A stretch of DNA of 64,000 bases. Origin: Epiperipatus broadwayi. Lineage: Eukaryota > Animalia > Onychophora. The position numbers and the translations under genes are program-made. The stretch spans positions 3,534,001-3,598,000 of the forward strand of contig JAQFVV010000010.1 in the NCBI GenBank assembly GCA_028023455.1. Reading direction: 5' to 3'. Under the pieces are notes generated by a model. The model was given only the letters and a program-made list of their open reading frames with translations. It did not search any database and had not been told where the DNA came from. This document shows positions 51,939-64,000 of this stretch, piece by piece. Position 1 is the first letter of the stretch. Each line of letters opens with the position of its first letter.

Positions 51939-54900
51939 AGGAGGGTGATTTACTAACATTCTGCCTTGTAACTTTACACCACTAATTCTAGACCAACATA
52001 AGGTGATATAAATTTCTAAACAGTAAAATCCATAATTAAACTTAGTTAACTTCACTACTATAAGCCTCATATGTGGAGAACATAAATCAACTGAATGACA
52101 CATTTACATATGGTATTATTTCAAACCCATCAAAAAAGATACACTGAAGATAAAAATCTATAAAAAGGATATCAAACTATAATCATTACTTATATTTGCT
52201 GATCACTTTCTTGGTATCAATCCCTATATCAAAAAAATATTTTTACAAAGCCTGAATCACATGGACTTTATGTGCCACTTTTTCAATTTCAGAGAAAGAA
52301 TACTTTTAAAAGGTCCTTATAAAGATTCTAACTATTGTTCCCTACAGCATATACCATGTTCATGCTCAGTAGCAACAAAAAAAACCTCTTAAATTCTCAA
52401 GTTGAGTGGTTTGCAGTATATAAATAATAGAAAAAAAAAAGTTATAATTTATATTTACTGTGAAGTAAGAAGAGCTGATAAATTGATAACACAAAATGCT
52501 GGCTCAACTTAGTAACTAATCTATAATATTAAGTAAATAAAACAAACAAAAACCCCAATCATCATTTAAAATTTTGACAACATATTATAGAAATGTAATA
52601 TTAAGATATAAATGAACCTCTTCCCTTTTTCTTTGAGTTACATGTAAATATACATTGTAACCTAATGGTTGGGCTTGATGTTTGTCAAGTTATCTTTTAT
52701 TAAACCATGAACTAAAATTTTAAATTTTAATCAACTGTAATCTTACTTATTTAAATTGGTTGTTAAGTTAATGGTGTAGTCTAATGGCTATTAATTTTTA
52801 ATAGGGAAACTTAATAAATAAATCTCTCTAGGATAGTAAATAATCAGACTGTTCAACATATGTCAGCTCTCTGCCCAAGTTGTGTGGGGGGCGATTTGAC
52901 AGATAAATTAGTTTTAATATATATGATGTAATAATCTAAGTTTACTTTAAATAAAACCATACATTCACTTTAATATTTTTATTGTTAAATAATAGTTCAT
53001 AAACAAACTTAAGATTAGAATTATTTTACACTAAATATAATTAATGATTGAATTTTTTTTATCATGTTCTAAAATATTAGTAAAGAGTTCAATTAATTAT
53101 AATTAAGGTTAAAAGGTAGAGATTTGCTAATTTTAGGAAAATATCTCTACTGATAATAAAGAATCTGATTGGCTTATTGATTTACTATCAGCCCCTTGGC
53201 TAAGAAGTTTATAAATTAGCTAATAAGAACTTGGAAGGGGAAATTTTTTTTAAATGAACATGGAGATCATTTCCAACTGGCAAAGAAACTTATCTATTAT
53301 TTAAAGTATATAAATTATTAAAAATGTATTATTTTCTATAGTGAAAAGTATAAATTATTTATTGTTGTTAATTAATAAAGCATGGAGTAAATTTTAAAGT
53401 ACCTTCATCCACAAAAGGGTGCATTATAACTACCAACTGATAATTTAAAAACTGGAGTTCAGATTGAAGCAACAAAATGGCTACAAAGTTAAGTTAAACC
53501 ATAAGCAGTTCAAAAAAATTTGTAAGCATTAATTTTCATAAATTAGCTTATGATTGTTTTATCTATAACAGCTGTAAAATACATAACCAATGTTGCTATT
53601 ATGAATTTAAAATTATGATAGAAAGTAGTTTTGGAACTTTCCCTAACAGGAGAAAATTACAAGTGAACTATATTAAAAGTTATATCTGATTTTAATTACT
53701 AAATAATTCTTCTGGTATACATATAAAATGTTTTTATTAAAAATGGAATGCTATTTTAAGCTAGATGTATATGCCATTAACATTACAGAATACACAATAA
53801 ATAATTAAATTATTTTATTATGTTTAAAATTAGTAATGATAACAACTCATACCAGCCTAAGTTTTATTAAATATAAATGAATAAACTATTAACACTAGAG
53901 TCTCAGAAATACATTTACTGAAATTCTTAATATTAAATGTAATAAATTACCTCAAATTTACAGGAAAAACAGAATATGCTTTACTTAACTATAGTGGAAT
54001 TATTATGATTATTAAATAAAATAATATTATCTGCAATATTATATCAGTTCACCTTAATTCCAAATTAGTAAATCATTGAATTAATAATATTGTGAATTTT
54101 AAAAGTACAATAGGATATTTATTAGATAGCTGGATTATATCTTAAAATTAAATAATTATAAACCAGTAATTTTTTAAAATCAACATTCTTCTTCAGTGTT
54201 GCATTTTCTTCCAGTTTAAAAGTGTTAAAAGTTTAAAGGGGGGGGGGTTGTAATTAGGTAAAGATTTTAGCAATTTCTCTATGATTAGTAATAGTTGATC
54301 AATACATGTTTATTGGAAACCTCCAAAATATTATGATTCTAATAAAATATTGGAGATGAATATTTACAAATATTTGTGATAAATAATAAAATTTATAATG
54401 ACGATATTATGGAAGATAATCTTCCATGCTTATTATATAGTCAAAGTTAAAAACAGAAGTTGATGTCTTCTTATAATTCAATTGGTGTATTCACAGGAAG
54501 GAAGAAATAATTTGATCGCAATATTTATGGAAGAAAACACAGTGAGAAATGCAAGGCAATTACGATATTATTAAAAAGCAAAGAATATTACAAGGCCTTC
54601 AAATAATTCTGCAGTTTAAATTGTTACATTCAAGTTTTTCATTTCTTCACAGAAGAAATATGAAGAAATCTTATTTAAGATTTTTATTTTATTTATTGTG
54701 TATTTTATTATAATCTTATGTGTATTTAATATTCATAGGGGTTCAGCAGTCGACTTGTTCATAAAACAAAAGGCATCCGAAGTAACATTTATATTTAAGT
54801 TTATATTTTTAGTAAAAACTGATCACAAGGAAGGTGAAATCATTTAAGATAAAATTTTAAACATTATTATGTCATTTTTTTTCTTTTTGTTATCTGCTTG

Positions 54901-56116
54901 ATAAAACTGCAATTATCCAACGATCATGGAAGGTAAAATTCAATTTTGATTGAATCAAGGCATATTTAATATTGTATTATGCAACTAGTTACAACCAATA
55001 ATTATTACTCATTAGAAATTGCTTTTGAGTCTATGATTGTTATTTTAATTTCCACATATTAATTGATGATTATATTCCGTTTGCTTGGTGTTCACACTTA
55101 TAATGTTGATGTTGTTTATTTGTGAGATTTGATTGGTGCCATATTAGATAATGATGACATGATGTGTCCTTATGCTTATTTGTTTTTATATCCTTTTCAT
55201 CTTACATGATGTGTACCTCTTCCTTTACCCTGTGTGAAAGTGTTAAGTCATAATTATGGGCGAATCACGTAGATGCCCATGGACTTTTGAGCTAATTAAG
55301 GTCTATACTGTTACAAAAAATTTTGTGTGTTTTCTTAAATAAGGGATTAACCACTCCTTTCCCCCTCATATCCCTATAGGTATTCCAAATCATCCATAGT
55401 CATGGTTACTTGCTTATCTGCCTTGGTCATCATTGTTATGGTTATGGATATATTGCATATGGCATTAAATTCCATCCCATTAATTCTTGATTGTTTAATA
55501 GTTAGTAATAATAAAATTATCCTTGAGAAGATATGAATAAGATCTGTGTGAACCGTGTTAGCATTAGGCGAATGATGATACCAAATAGTAGTATCTTTGT
55601 TAAGTATTAATTTATAATATAGTACCAGTTTATTGTCGGCTCAAAGTAATATCAAATGTACATATCATATTTATTGTTTGCTACTCTTAGTTAAGTATTA
55701 GTAAACTAAAATTTTCAATTGTGTTATAGAGAAGTTTTATAATAGGATATTAGGTAACCAATGGGAGATTTATAGTAATACTGATTTTTTTTTGGGGGGG
55801 TGGGTGGGGTAAATTTGAATTGAATTACCAGTCTAACATCCTAGATAAAGTTACATAATCTTTTTACAATAATGAAATATGCATAATTATCGATGCCTTA
55901 AAGGATGTTCATCTTAAAAGTGGCTAGTATTAAGTAGTGTCAGTCTGCCATTCATTAAATAGTATTTTTGTGATTAGCATACTTATACATTTAACTTTGA
56001 TATAGAAATTTAATAAACATATACATGGTAAACAAAATTTAACAAATTTCTAATAAGCTAGAAAGATGTAAATTAAAGGTATAAGTGTAAATAATGATAA
56101 TACTGTAAAATGTAAT

Positions 56117-56490
56117 AGGATCGTGGTGGCTATGATTGTTAAAGAGCCAAGGACACCAAAATGTATGGGTGCTGAACTGAGTTCAGACCCATAAGACTAT
56201 ATAAGCTATTGAGCTTGGATTGAAAATATTATTGTGTTTTCAATTTCATTCTCATAGTTTTGTAGTTAAATAGAAATAAAAGATGGCTGCTGGAGGGTTG
56301 CATTAGATCCTAAGATCTAGGTGCAGTGTTCTCAGATCCAAGGCTCATCACTGACAAAGGCCACAAGCCAGAAAGTCTGGGGATGTTGAATGAGTAGGCA
56401 CTAGATGGGGATTTTATGCACAAGCCTTTTGGCATCCATTGATTACTCTGGTTGGCATAGGGTGGCACCACTGTATAGAGAGTTTTGCCT
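56117..56490 (+). repeat. Dispersed 5'-truncated copy of family A unit with a decayed hammerhead (56345-56384)
   Basis: Aligns to 9960-10335; CUCAUCA CUGACAA A GGC CACAA GCC A GAAA GUC|UGGGGA. Confidence 0.9.
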
Positions 56491-58974
56491 TTTTAAAATG
56501 TAATGATGTATTATAATTTTGATTTAAGGAGATATTCTTATGCTAGTATTGAAGTCACATTAATAAAAAAAAATTTATTTTTTTTTTATAAATTTTCCTT
56601 TTGATAGTGTGTAAATATTAATTGTAAATAAAATTTGTTTTGAAATTTAGCAAGTTATCAGTAATCTTATACACTATCCATATTATTATTATTATTTCTA
56701 TCACTATTGTCATCACTCAATATTATTAATTTTATTATATGTTCTGTATATCATTAATAAATTTTACTAAACTCTTACATTTAGAGCATATAAAATTTTA
56801 CTACTGACTGATTAAAATATTGTTGGTTTGATGCAGAGATACTACTTTAAAGTGATATCTTAAAAACCAAATATTTGATCTTAAGATATCATACCAATAA
56901 ATTGTAATGTACAATTATTCACTAAGTTTAATCATACAGATCAAAGAGGTCAAATTTAAATTATTCTTAAATGATGTTATTATTGTCCTATTATTATTGT
57001 TGTAATTGTAGTCAAAATATTTTAAGATTATCTAATGATTAACAAGATTGTTATGTTTATCTTGTTATTATGGATTTGTTGAGTTATTAGAACATTTAGA
57101 GTTTGTTTTTACTATTACCAGTAAAGGATTTAGATTTCCTTTAGTAATTCCTCTTATGTAATATAATTTATTTTAATCTTCTATATTTGGATAGCTGTAA
57201 AATCCCTCTTGCTGATCCAGATATACATTATGAAATTGTTGAATTCTAAAATCATATGAACCCAACCCTGAGAAATTATTGATTAATAATTCTAAACTTT
57301 GATTTTGTTTGTTAGATTTTATTTCTTAAGTCATTGGGTATACATTACCATAATCTCTTATCTTTATTCTTATTGTTTTTATTGATTAATCAAAATCCCA
57401 AAGATTTAAACCTTTTTTGATTATTTAAACTTGGAATCCCTTGCTTTTATTTTAATAATCAAATTAATGTTTCAGGATCCCATTCATCATCATCATCATT
57501 GTTGTAATAGTTCATCCATATTTTTATTTTAGTTCTGTCATCATCTTATTTTATTACATCAGCATAATTTATTTATCATTCATTGATCCCTATTTCATTT
57601 CAAAATTAACTATTCATTACCTTAACACATCCTCTTTCTTTTCTTCGCATTCTTAGGTTTATTCATTATTCATTTGTGTTAGTTAATTATCATTTACCCT
57701 TCATTACTCTTTTAAACTTCTACATCTTTATGCATTTGTCATTCATTTTATTTTGCTAATTTTATAATCATTTCCTACGTGGATATCTCTCTGATTATTA
57801 ATCATCTTATATAATTGCAATTTGAACATATGTCTCTTCATATCACTATCTTTTTCTGTATTGAAAGTAATTTTAATCCATGTGCTTTATGTAATATTAG
57901 AATGATGGGATTTAAGGTCAATGTACTGTAATGTCTTTAGTGTACTGTAACCTCTCCTATTTATGCTCTACTCGTATGTTTATGCTAGCCAGAACATGTG
58001 GCACATTTGTATTTTTGAAACAGATAGAAAGCTAGAGATAAAAAACTGCAATATTATAATCAGGCACCAAGAGATTTGACAAAAAGCTACTAGCATCTAA
58101 AAAAGGTCTTAATTACAAAAAAGCAGCTAAAATATGGGATAACCCATGAATTATTTTGAGCCAATCTAAGGAGTTTCAAAATTTCAGCAGGGGTAGAGTA
58201 AATAGTACATCTATAAATAAGGCTGAAAGTAAAAAAAAAAACTCAGTACATAGAAAAATGGAAGAATTTAAATGCTACTATTATGGTATGGAATGTTATA
58301 AAGCTTATAGTTATAAATGAAATAAAATATATTGCAGGACCTTTCCAAGTATTTGGTTATTTAGAAAGAATCTGTTGTATGAAAATCCATAAAGAATAAA
58401 ATGTTCACCTCTATTTTAAGTTTAACTAGAATAAAAAATATTTTATTTTGAGTTAAATAGAAATGTTTTTAATTTAATTTTAAACAAATAATAATAAAAA
58501 TATTTCTTTTTATAAATTTAATTCTTTATTGAGATAAAAAAAATGTATTTAAATGAAGTTTTTAACTAATGAGATGCAAGAAAAAAGTACATAATATTAA
58601 ATTAAGATTTTACATAAAATCAATTGAAATCAGAGGTAAAAATTTGTATCACATTCTGTTATCTAAATTAGTTAGTCTGAAAATGATTAGTTAATCTTGG
58701 ATTTGTAGTAAAGCTTTGTTGCGTATTTTATATTTCTTGTCTCAAAATTTTTAGTTTGTTTATTTTTTACAATGAGTCTGATTTAATTACAAAATTAAAA
58801 ATTATATTATTAGATTTTTTTCAGTTAAACAATAATTAGCTGAATACTCTAATTTGTTGACTGAGATTAGTTCAAAGAAAAACACAAAATTTGATACCTG
58901 ATAGTTAATATATAAATTTGTTGATTTACATATTCCACTTTCAGAATTAAATGATACACAAATCTTTTTTGTTT

Positions 58975-59545
58975 ATTGTATAAATGTTGTTAGCAATGAA
59001 CCATTTTCTTTTTTGATCATTTCATTCTGCACATACTACTTTAATATTATGTGGATTGAAACTGCCGCCAGATTCCATTTCATGTTCCAGAAACACAGAC
59101 TTCACATTAGATCTTTCTTTGCATGGTAGTAAATATACTTATGCTGTGCTAGTCTGGTGTCACTGTTAGTGCATGATTCCCCATAATAGATTGCTCTACA
59201 ATCAGTTTCATTGCAACTGATCTTGTAAACAATCTGGAGGGCCTGGTCTGGAGGCAACTTGTCCTTCATATTATTTAGAGGCTTGTTTAGGTTTGAAGGA
59301 ATTTTGAAGTTGACATTAAATATGTCAGAACACATATTCTTTAAACATTGTGATAACCCAGGCATAAAGAGAAAAGTTATCAATTTAATTGTATTCTTAG
59401 AAGCTGGAGGATGGGAATTTATTCTGGAGTAGAATGTTTTAAGTATTCTAAGTAAGCTATTGTAATTATAGCCTATCCTGACCAGGTCTCTAATTTAGCT
59501 TTCAATTTTACTTTTCTGATCCTTTCCAAACATACATAATTTTTG
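58975..59545 (-). mobile_element. Penelope-like element fragment (RT C-terminus, linker and GIY-YIG endonuclease)
   Basis: RIGYNYNSLLRI..FMPGLSQ..VNFK..KDKLP..IVYKISC..DC..IYYGES..RLAQHK..FLEHEMESG..FNPHNIKV. Confidence 0.82.
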
Positions 59546-60011
59546 ATTTTTATAAAGAAAGCATTTGAGACCTGCCATTTTGTGTGAGATGTATGTGATT
59601 GAGGATATATTGTACTATGTGCTTTTCTCTTAATAAATCTCAGCCAACAAGTTTATGCATTATGAATATGATCTTCTAGGTTGAAAACATTGCTCAGCTA
59701 GTTATTGTTTAACTGAAATAAGTCTAATCTTTTCTTTAGAAGTGAATGAATGTTATTAATAGAAATACATAGTAAAAGAAAAGAAGTAAACCATTATAGA
59801 GTTATAGAGATTAAAAATTCTTTAGAAAAAGCTATGGTATAAATAGCATGCAGCAGAAATCAGTTGTGTTCATCTTTTCTTTCTTTTGACTGACTCCTGT
59901 TTGTGGTGATCATCAGTAGAAGACTTCCAACTAATATGCAATTAATAAAAATCTTTCCCATGCATCAAGAAAACTCCATTCATTGTTGTTTATACTTAAT
60001 TCAGCTTAATA

Positions 60012-60068
60012 ACACTTGTGTAAGCATAGAAAATGGTGATCATGTGATGTTTTTGGTGGCTCTAAACC
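60012..60068 (+). repeat. Short fragment of family A unit
   Basis: acacttgtgtaagcatagaaaatggtgatcatgtgatgtt matches 10343-10385. Confidence 0.75.
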
Positions 60069-61959
60069 AGCTTACTGATTGCTCTTCATCTTTGAAGTAA
60101 TTAAATGAATCAATTATGTGCCAACTATATAAAATCTACAATTAATTTTACATATTTGTAAGTGCAAGCTATATATAAGTCATGTGACATCTGACTTGTT
60201 ATTATTACTATAATGATTATTAATGTACATTTTAAATACATGGAAAAATGATTATGATCCAGTGAATAGTTCAAAAACATATGGAAAGGGAAAAACCTAT
60301 GTAAAAGAAATAAATATTTTATTCTAACTGATTAATTTTGCTGACTGCTGTGTAAAGACTGATATAAGATAAATTATATGAAAGTCATTTTAATTTATAG
60401 AAGCTCCATGAACTTGATTTAAATCCTAAATGAACTTTCTTTCATGTAAAGACTTATGATTTATTTCATTATCGATCTCTTAGTTAATATGTTTTTATTT
60501 TCTTTAAACTAACAAATAGTGTATAAATTGTAATTAAGGTTCTGAATTATATTGTGATTTAAAAGGTTAGTTTTAAAAGTTAAAAAAAAAAAAAAACAAG
60601 AAGAAAGAAATCAGTTTGTGAAGACTAAACTCCACAGCTAAATTGTTTATTTAAAAAAATATTTAATCAGAATAAATAGTTTGATTTTCACAAATTCTCC
60701 TAATACTTATTTAAGTTATTGGATAATATTATTTGTGCAAACCTACAAATATAAAGCAGAATTATATCAATGGGGTTTATTATTCAAAATTAATATCTCT
60801 AAATACTATCAGATTTTACATATTTTATTAGGACTAATATTTAAATATTTTGGTTAAAAAAGAAAAGGGAGAAAATAAAGTTAAGGAATTTGCCGACAGC
60901 TTGTTGAGGCTGATGCTAGATGTGTCTTTATTTCATTGATTTGTTCATATAGATTTTACTTGTTAATCTAAAAGTTTAAATAGATTCTAGTTTTTATTAC
61001 ATGGCACATAAGCATTTATTTAGTAAAGAGGACATTGATGTATTTATATGTATTTAGTAAAGTATTTTCTAAAGATTTTTCACACCTTGTTTTAGACATA
61101 TTTTGATGCATAACCACCATCCATTGATAATTCATATATTTATTTTCTAGAGTTTGAAATATAAATTTTATTAGGATTAATTAATTGTGCAATTATAATT
61201 TTAGATGTATTTCAAATATTTTCAGAATATATATATGGTTATATTTGTTAATTTATTTGATGATGATCATTTGGTATGATACTGAATGCTAATTGTAAAG
61301 AGTACTTAAAATTTTTATTATTCATATGTGTGACTATGCTAAAACAAACGTTTGATTGGAATATGTGCTATTGTTGCTGCTAACTAAAATAAAGAAGAAA
61401 TATTTGTGTGCACATACTGAATTTAGCTTTAACATGGATAAACAACCTTTATTCATTTAAAGGCTGAGATAATTGATTTACTGTAGAATCTTGCTCCATG
61501 ATAGTATTTCAGAAAGATCCTTGAATTGTTTTATAATTATGTACATGATCTAAGAATTACAGTTAACATCTATTGAGGTAATTTAATATAAGTAGATTAA
61601 ATAATGTTCATATTAGTCTGGTTAGATATAGAATATAATAACTAAAAATCATTATAGTATATGTTTTAATATAACTTGATGGATTTTCTAATAAATTTTA
61701 TTTTGCTTATTTATTAAGTATCTTTTATTAGTTATTATTTGTATTATAATGCCCTAATGACCAACTGAATATTCTAAGTCTCTAAATATCTGCAACCTAG
61801 TGGACATAAATTAAAGTACTAGTAGTTGTTGAAGATTTTGTAGGTGTTTATGGTTATATATTCTCACCAGTAAAGTAAGACATTCCTGTATAAATATCAG
61901 TGATTAAACATGTAATGAATGCTATTGTAATGTGAGGAATTTTAGATAATAAATCTAGA

Positions 61960-64000
61960 GACACCCTATGTAGGGATGTTGGCCTTATCTGCATGTCACA
62001 ACTGACTATTAGAATAGAAACTGACTTTATTTATTGGAAATAGAAATTCAAATGGGAAATGACAGATAAAACAGGAAGTATGATGCAGAGTGGATAAATA
62101 TGTCACTAATACATATAGTTTTGTGTGATGGGGCTACACCAATAATTTATAAACTATGGAAAGTTCCTTTCATGTTTCAAATAAAAAACGAATTAAATGA
62201 TGTAATTGTAAAAGGAGTATTAACACTTGTAAAGAGTGTAAAATGGGCCCTGCCAATAAGTGGTAATAGCTAAGTCAAATGAACAAATTTGTATCTGCTG
62301 TTATTATTAAATTATGATAAATAAAAACATTCCAAAGTGTTAATATTCAATGCTGAATGTTAAAGAGATATTGTCTATCATGGAAAAAACAATGCTTTAA
62401 ACAAAAATTAACTTTGAAAGCAGCTTTCCATCAAATTGTATTCTCTAAAAAGACTTTGTAATTCTTAATTTATCATGCATTGTTGTTTGCTTAATTATAA
62501 TAGATTGCTTTATAGAATTATGGTGACTCGTACCAGCTTTCAATCCAAAATGGACCTTGTCCAGCAAATGGATGGAGTAATGCTATATTGTGATGATATT
62601 TTAATAATAGTAGCAAACTTTGGAGAAAATTTGCATCGATGACTTAAACATTTTTGACAACCTTACAAAGTTCAGAACAAGAATAAATATCAATAAAGTT
62701 TTGGGAATGTGTAAAGGGAAGAAACATGATTCATAAAAAAATGTTGCTTTTAAAGATACCCCAAGGTCTAAAAAATGTGAAAAAATTACAGGCCTTTCTG
62801 TATCTATTGAATTATTTCAAAATATTTTTAAAAGGTAAAGCTCATATGGCCTGACTATTGTATAATTTACTTAAAAAAAAAGATCAGAAATGAAATTGGG
62901 GAGAAAGGGTTTTGTTATCATCAAATAGGTTTATTGATGCATTATGACAATAGTCTTGAATTAAGTCTCATTACTAATGCTTCTGAATTTGGTGTGTGAT
63001 TTTAATTTTATGTAGTGGCAGGTGGCAAACAACCAATAGGATTTGCATTGAGAATATTATTTAACATTGAGGAAAATTACAATCCATTAGATAAAGTGTT
63101 TGAAGCCAAAAAGTTTCACTAATGTTTGTATAGTGATCACGTAAACTTGTTATGATCACAAGTCATTATTACGAATCTTAACCAAAAACAAAACAGTAGC
63201 ATATCATTTAAAAATCAGAATGCTTTCAGTGATTGAATTTATTATCAGAACTATAACTTTGAAATAACTTTAAAAAATAGGTGTATGAAAAGTATGCCGA
63301 TGCAATTATGAGATACCAAATAAGTCAGAATCATGATTATCTGAAACAACTATAAACTATATAGATAAATACAGACATAGTAAGAAGTCATAATGTAGCA
63401 GGATAGACAAAGACCAATAAGGAATATAAAATGTTAGTTACATGAATGAACAAAGGTTGGTCTAGCCAACACTCTGAAGTATTCTACAAGTAAATTGTCC
63501 AGCAATAAAAGATTTATCTTAGTAGCTGCTATAGTACTAATACTGTGTATAGGATGGAAGCATTGCAATTGATACATCCAAGGTCATCCTGGTGCTGTTT
63601 AACAAACACACTTGTTTTATAATTTGTTATAATTGATTACTATACAAGAAATTCAAATCTACTGCCTTGTATAGCATGATACTCTGCTGTAAATAAAAAT
63701 ATTGAAGGGTTAATAAAAAATTATAACAAATGCCAAATGATAGCTAATGTACTAATGAAAAAATATAGTTTGCCCAACAGTTACAAAGCCATACAGTCAC
63801 AGGCATATTGGTTATTTTAGACATTTTAAAGGGCATGCATTCTTAATATTAAAATGCTTATTTAAAATGGATAGAATGTAAGATGATTAAGAATATGTGT
63901 TCAGAGGACATAATCTCAAAAGTCAAGGAGATCTGAGCAATTTCCTGAGACTTTAATATGAAATAATGGCACAAATTTTATCCTCAGAAAACTGAAGCAA
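61960..64000 (+). mobile_element. Ty3/Gypsy pol remnant (RT, RNaseH, integrase), running off the window
   Basis: VKWALPI, AFHQI, GVMLYCDDILI, LQAFLYLLNYF, LMHYD..ITNASEFG, PIGFA, HK, GHPG, NGTNF motifs in order; many stops. Confidence 0.88.

Noticed and set aside
55572-55790. ATGATGA C-box-like motif, possible intronic snoRNA
   Set aside because: The nearest CTGA D box is about 200 nt away and there is no terminal stem.
58000-58330. KCYYYGMECYKA resembling a gag zinc knuckle
   Set aside because: Key Cys and His residues are missing and there are no adjacent pol motifs.

Overview
Very AT-rich, CpG-depleted eukaryotic DNA, probably from an invertebrate animal. It is almost all intron or intergenic sequence filled with decayed transposons, and most ORFs in the supplied track are transposon debris or chance. 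One host coding exon is recognisable: a GPR137/GPR137B-like membrane protein exon at 49078-49306 (+). A CpG-rich promoter-like island sits at about 29.9-32.0 kb. Recognisable elements are a near full-length dead RTE LINE, a complete Buster-type hAT with an intact 8-bp TSD plus a second Buster remnant, a KIAA1586-like hAT fragment, two Ty3/Gypsy remnants, a Penelope-like GIY-YIG fragment, several MITEs and a tRNA-Gly-derived pseudogene. The most striking signal is a set of long inverted-repeat or palindromic elements from three unrelated sequence families (7963-8486, 9241-10397, 20707-21530). In each, both arms carry a minimal type I hammerhead-ribozyme-like motif with a palindromic helix III, pointing outward, and five of the six arms end 108-118 nt past the predicted cleavage site. 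One family is a ~440-455 nt tandem unit with further dispersed copies (retrozyme-like). One motif has an A3-U8 core swap. All ribozyme calls come from manual folding and none has been tested. All identities and counts were done by eye.
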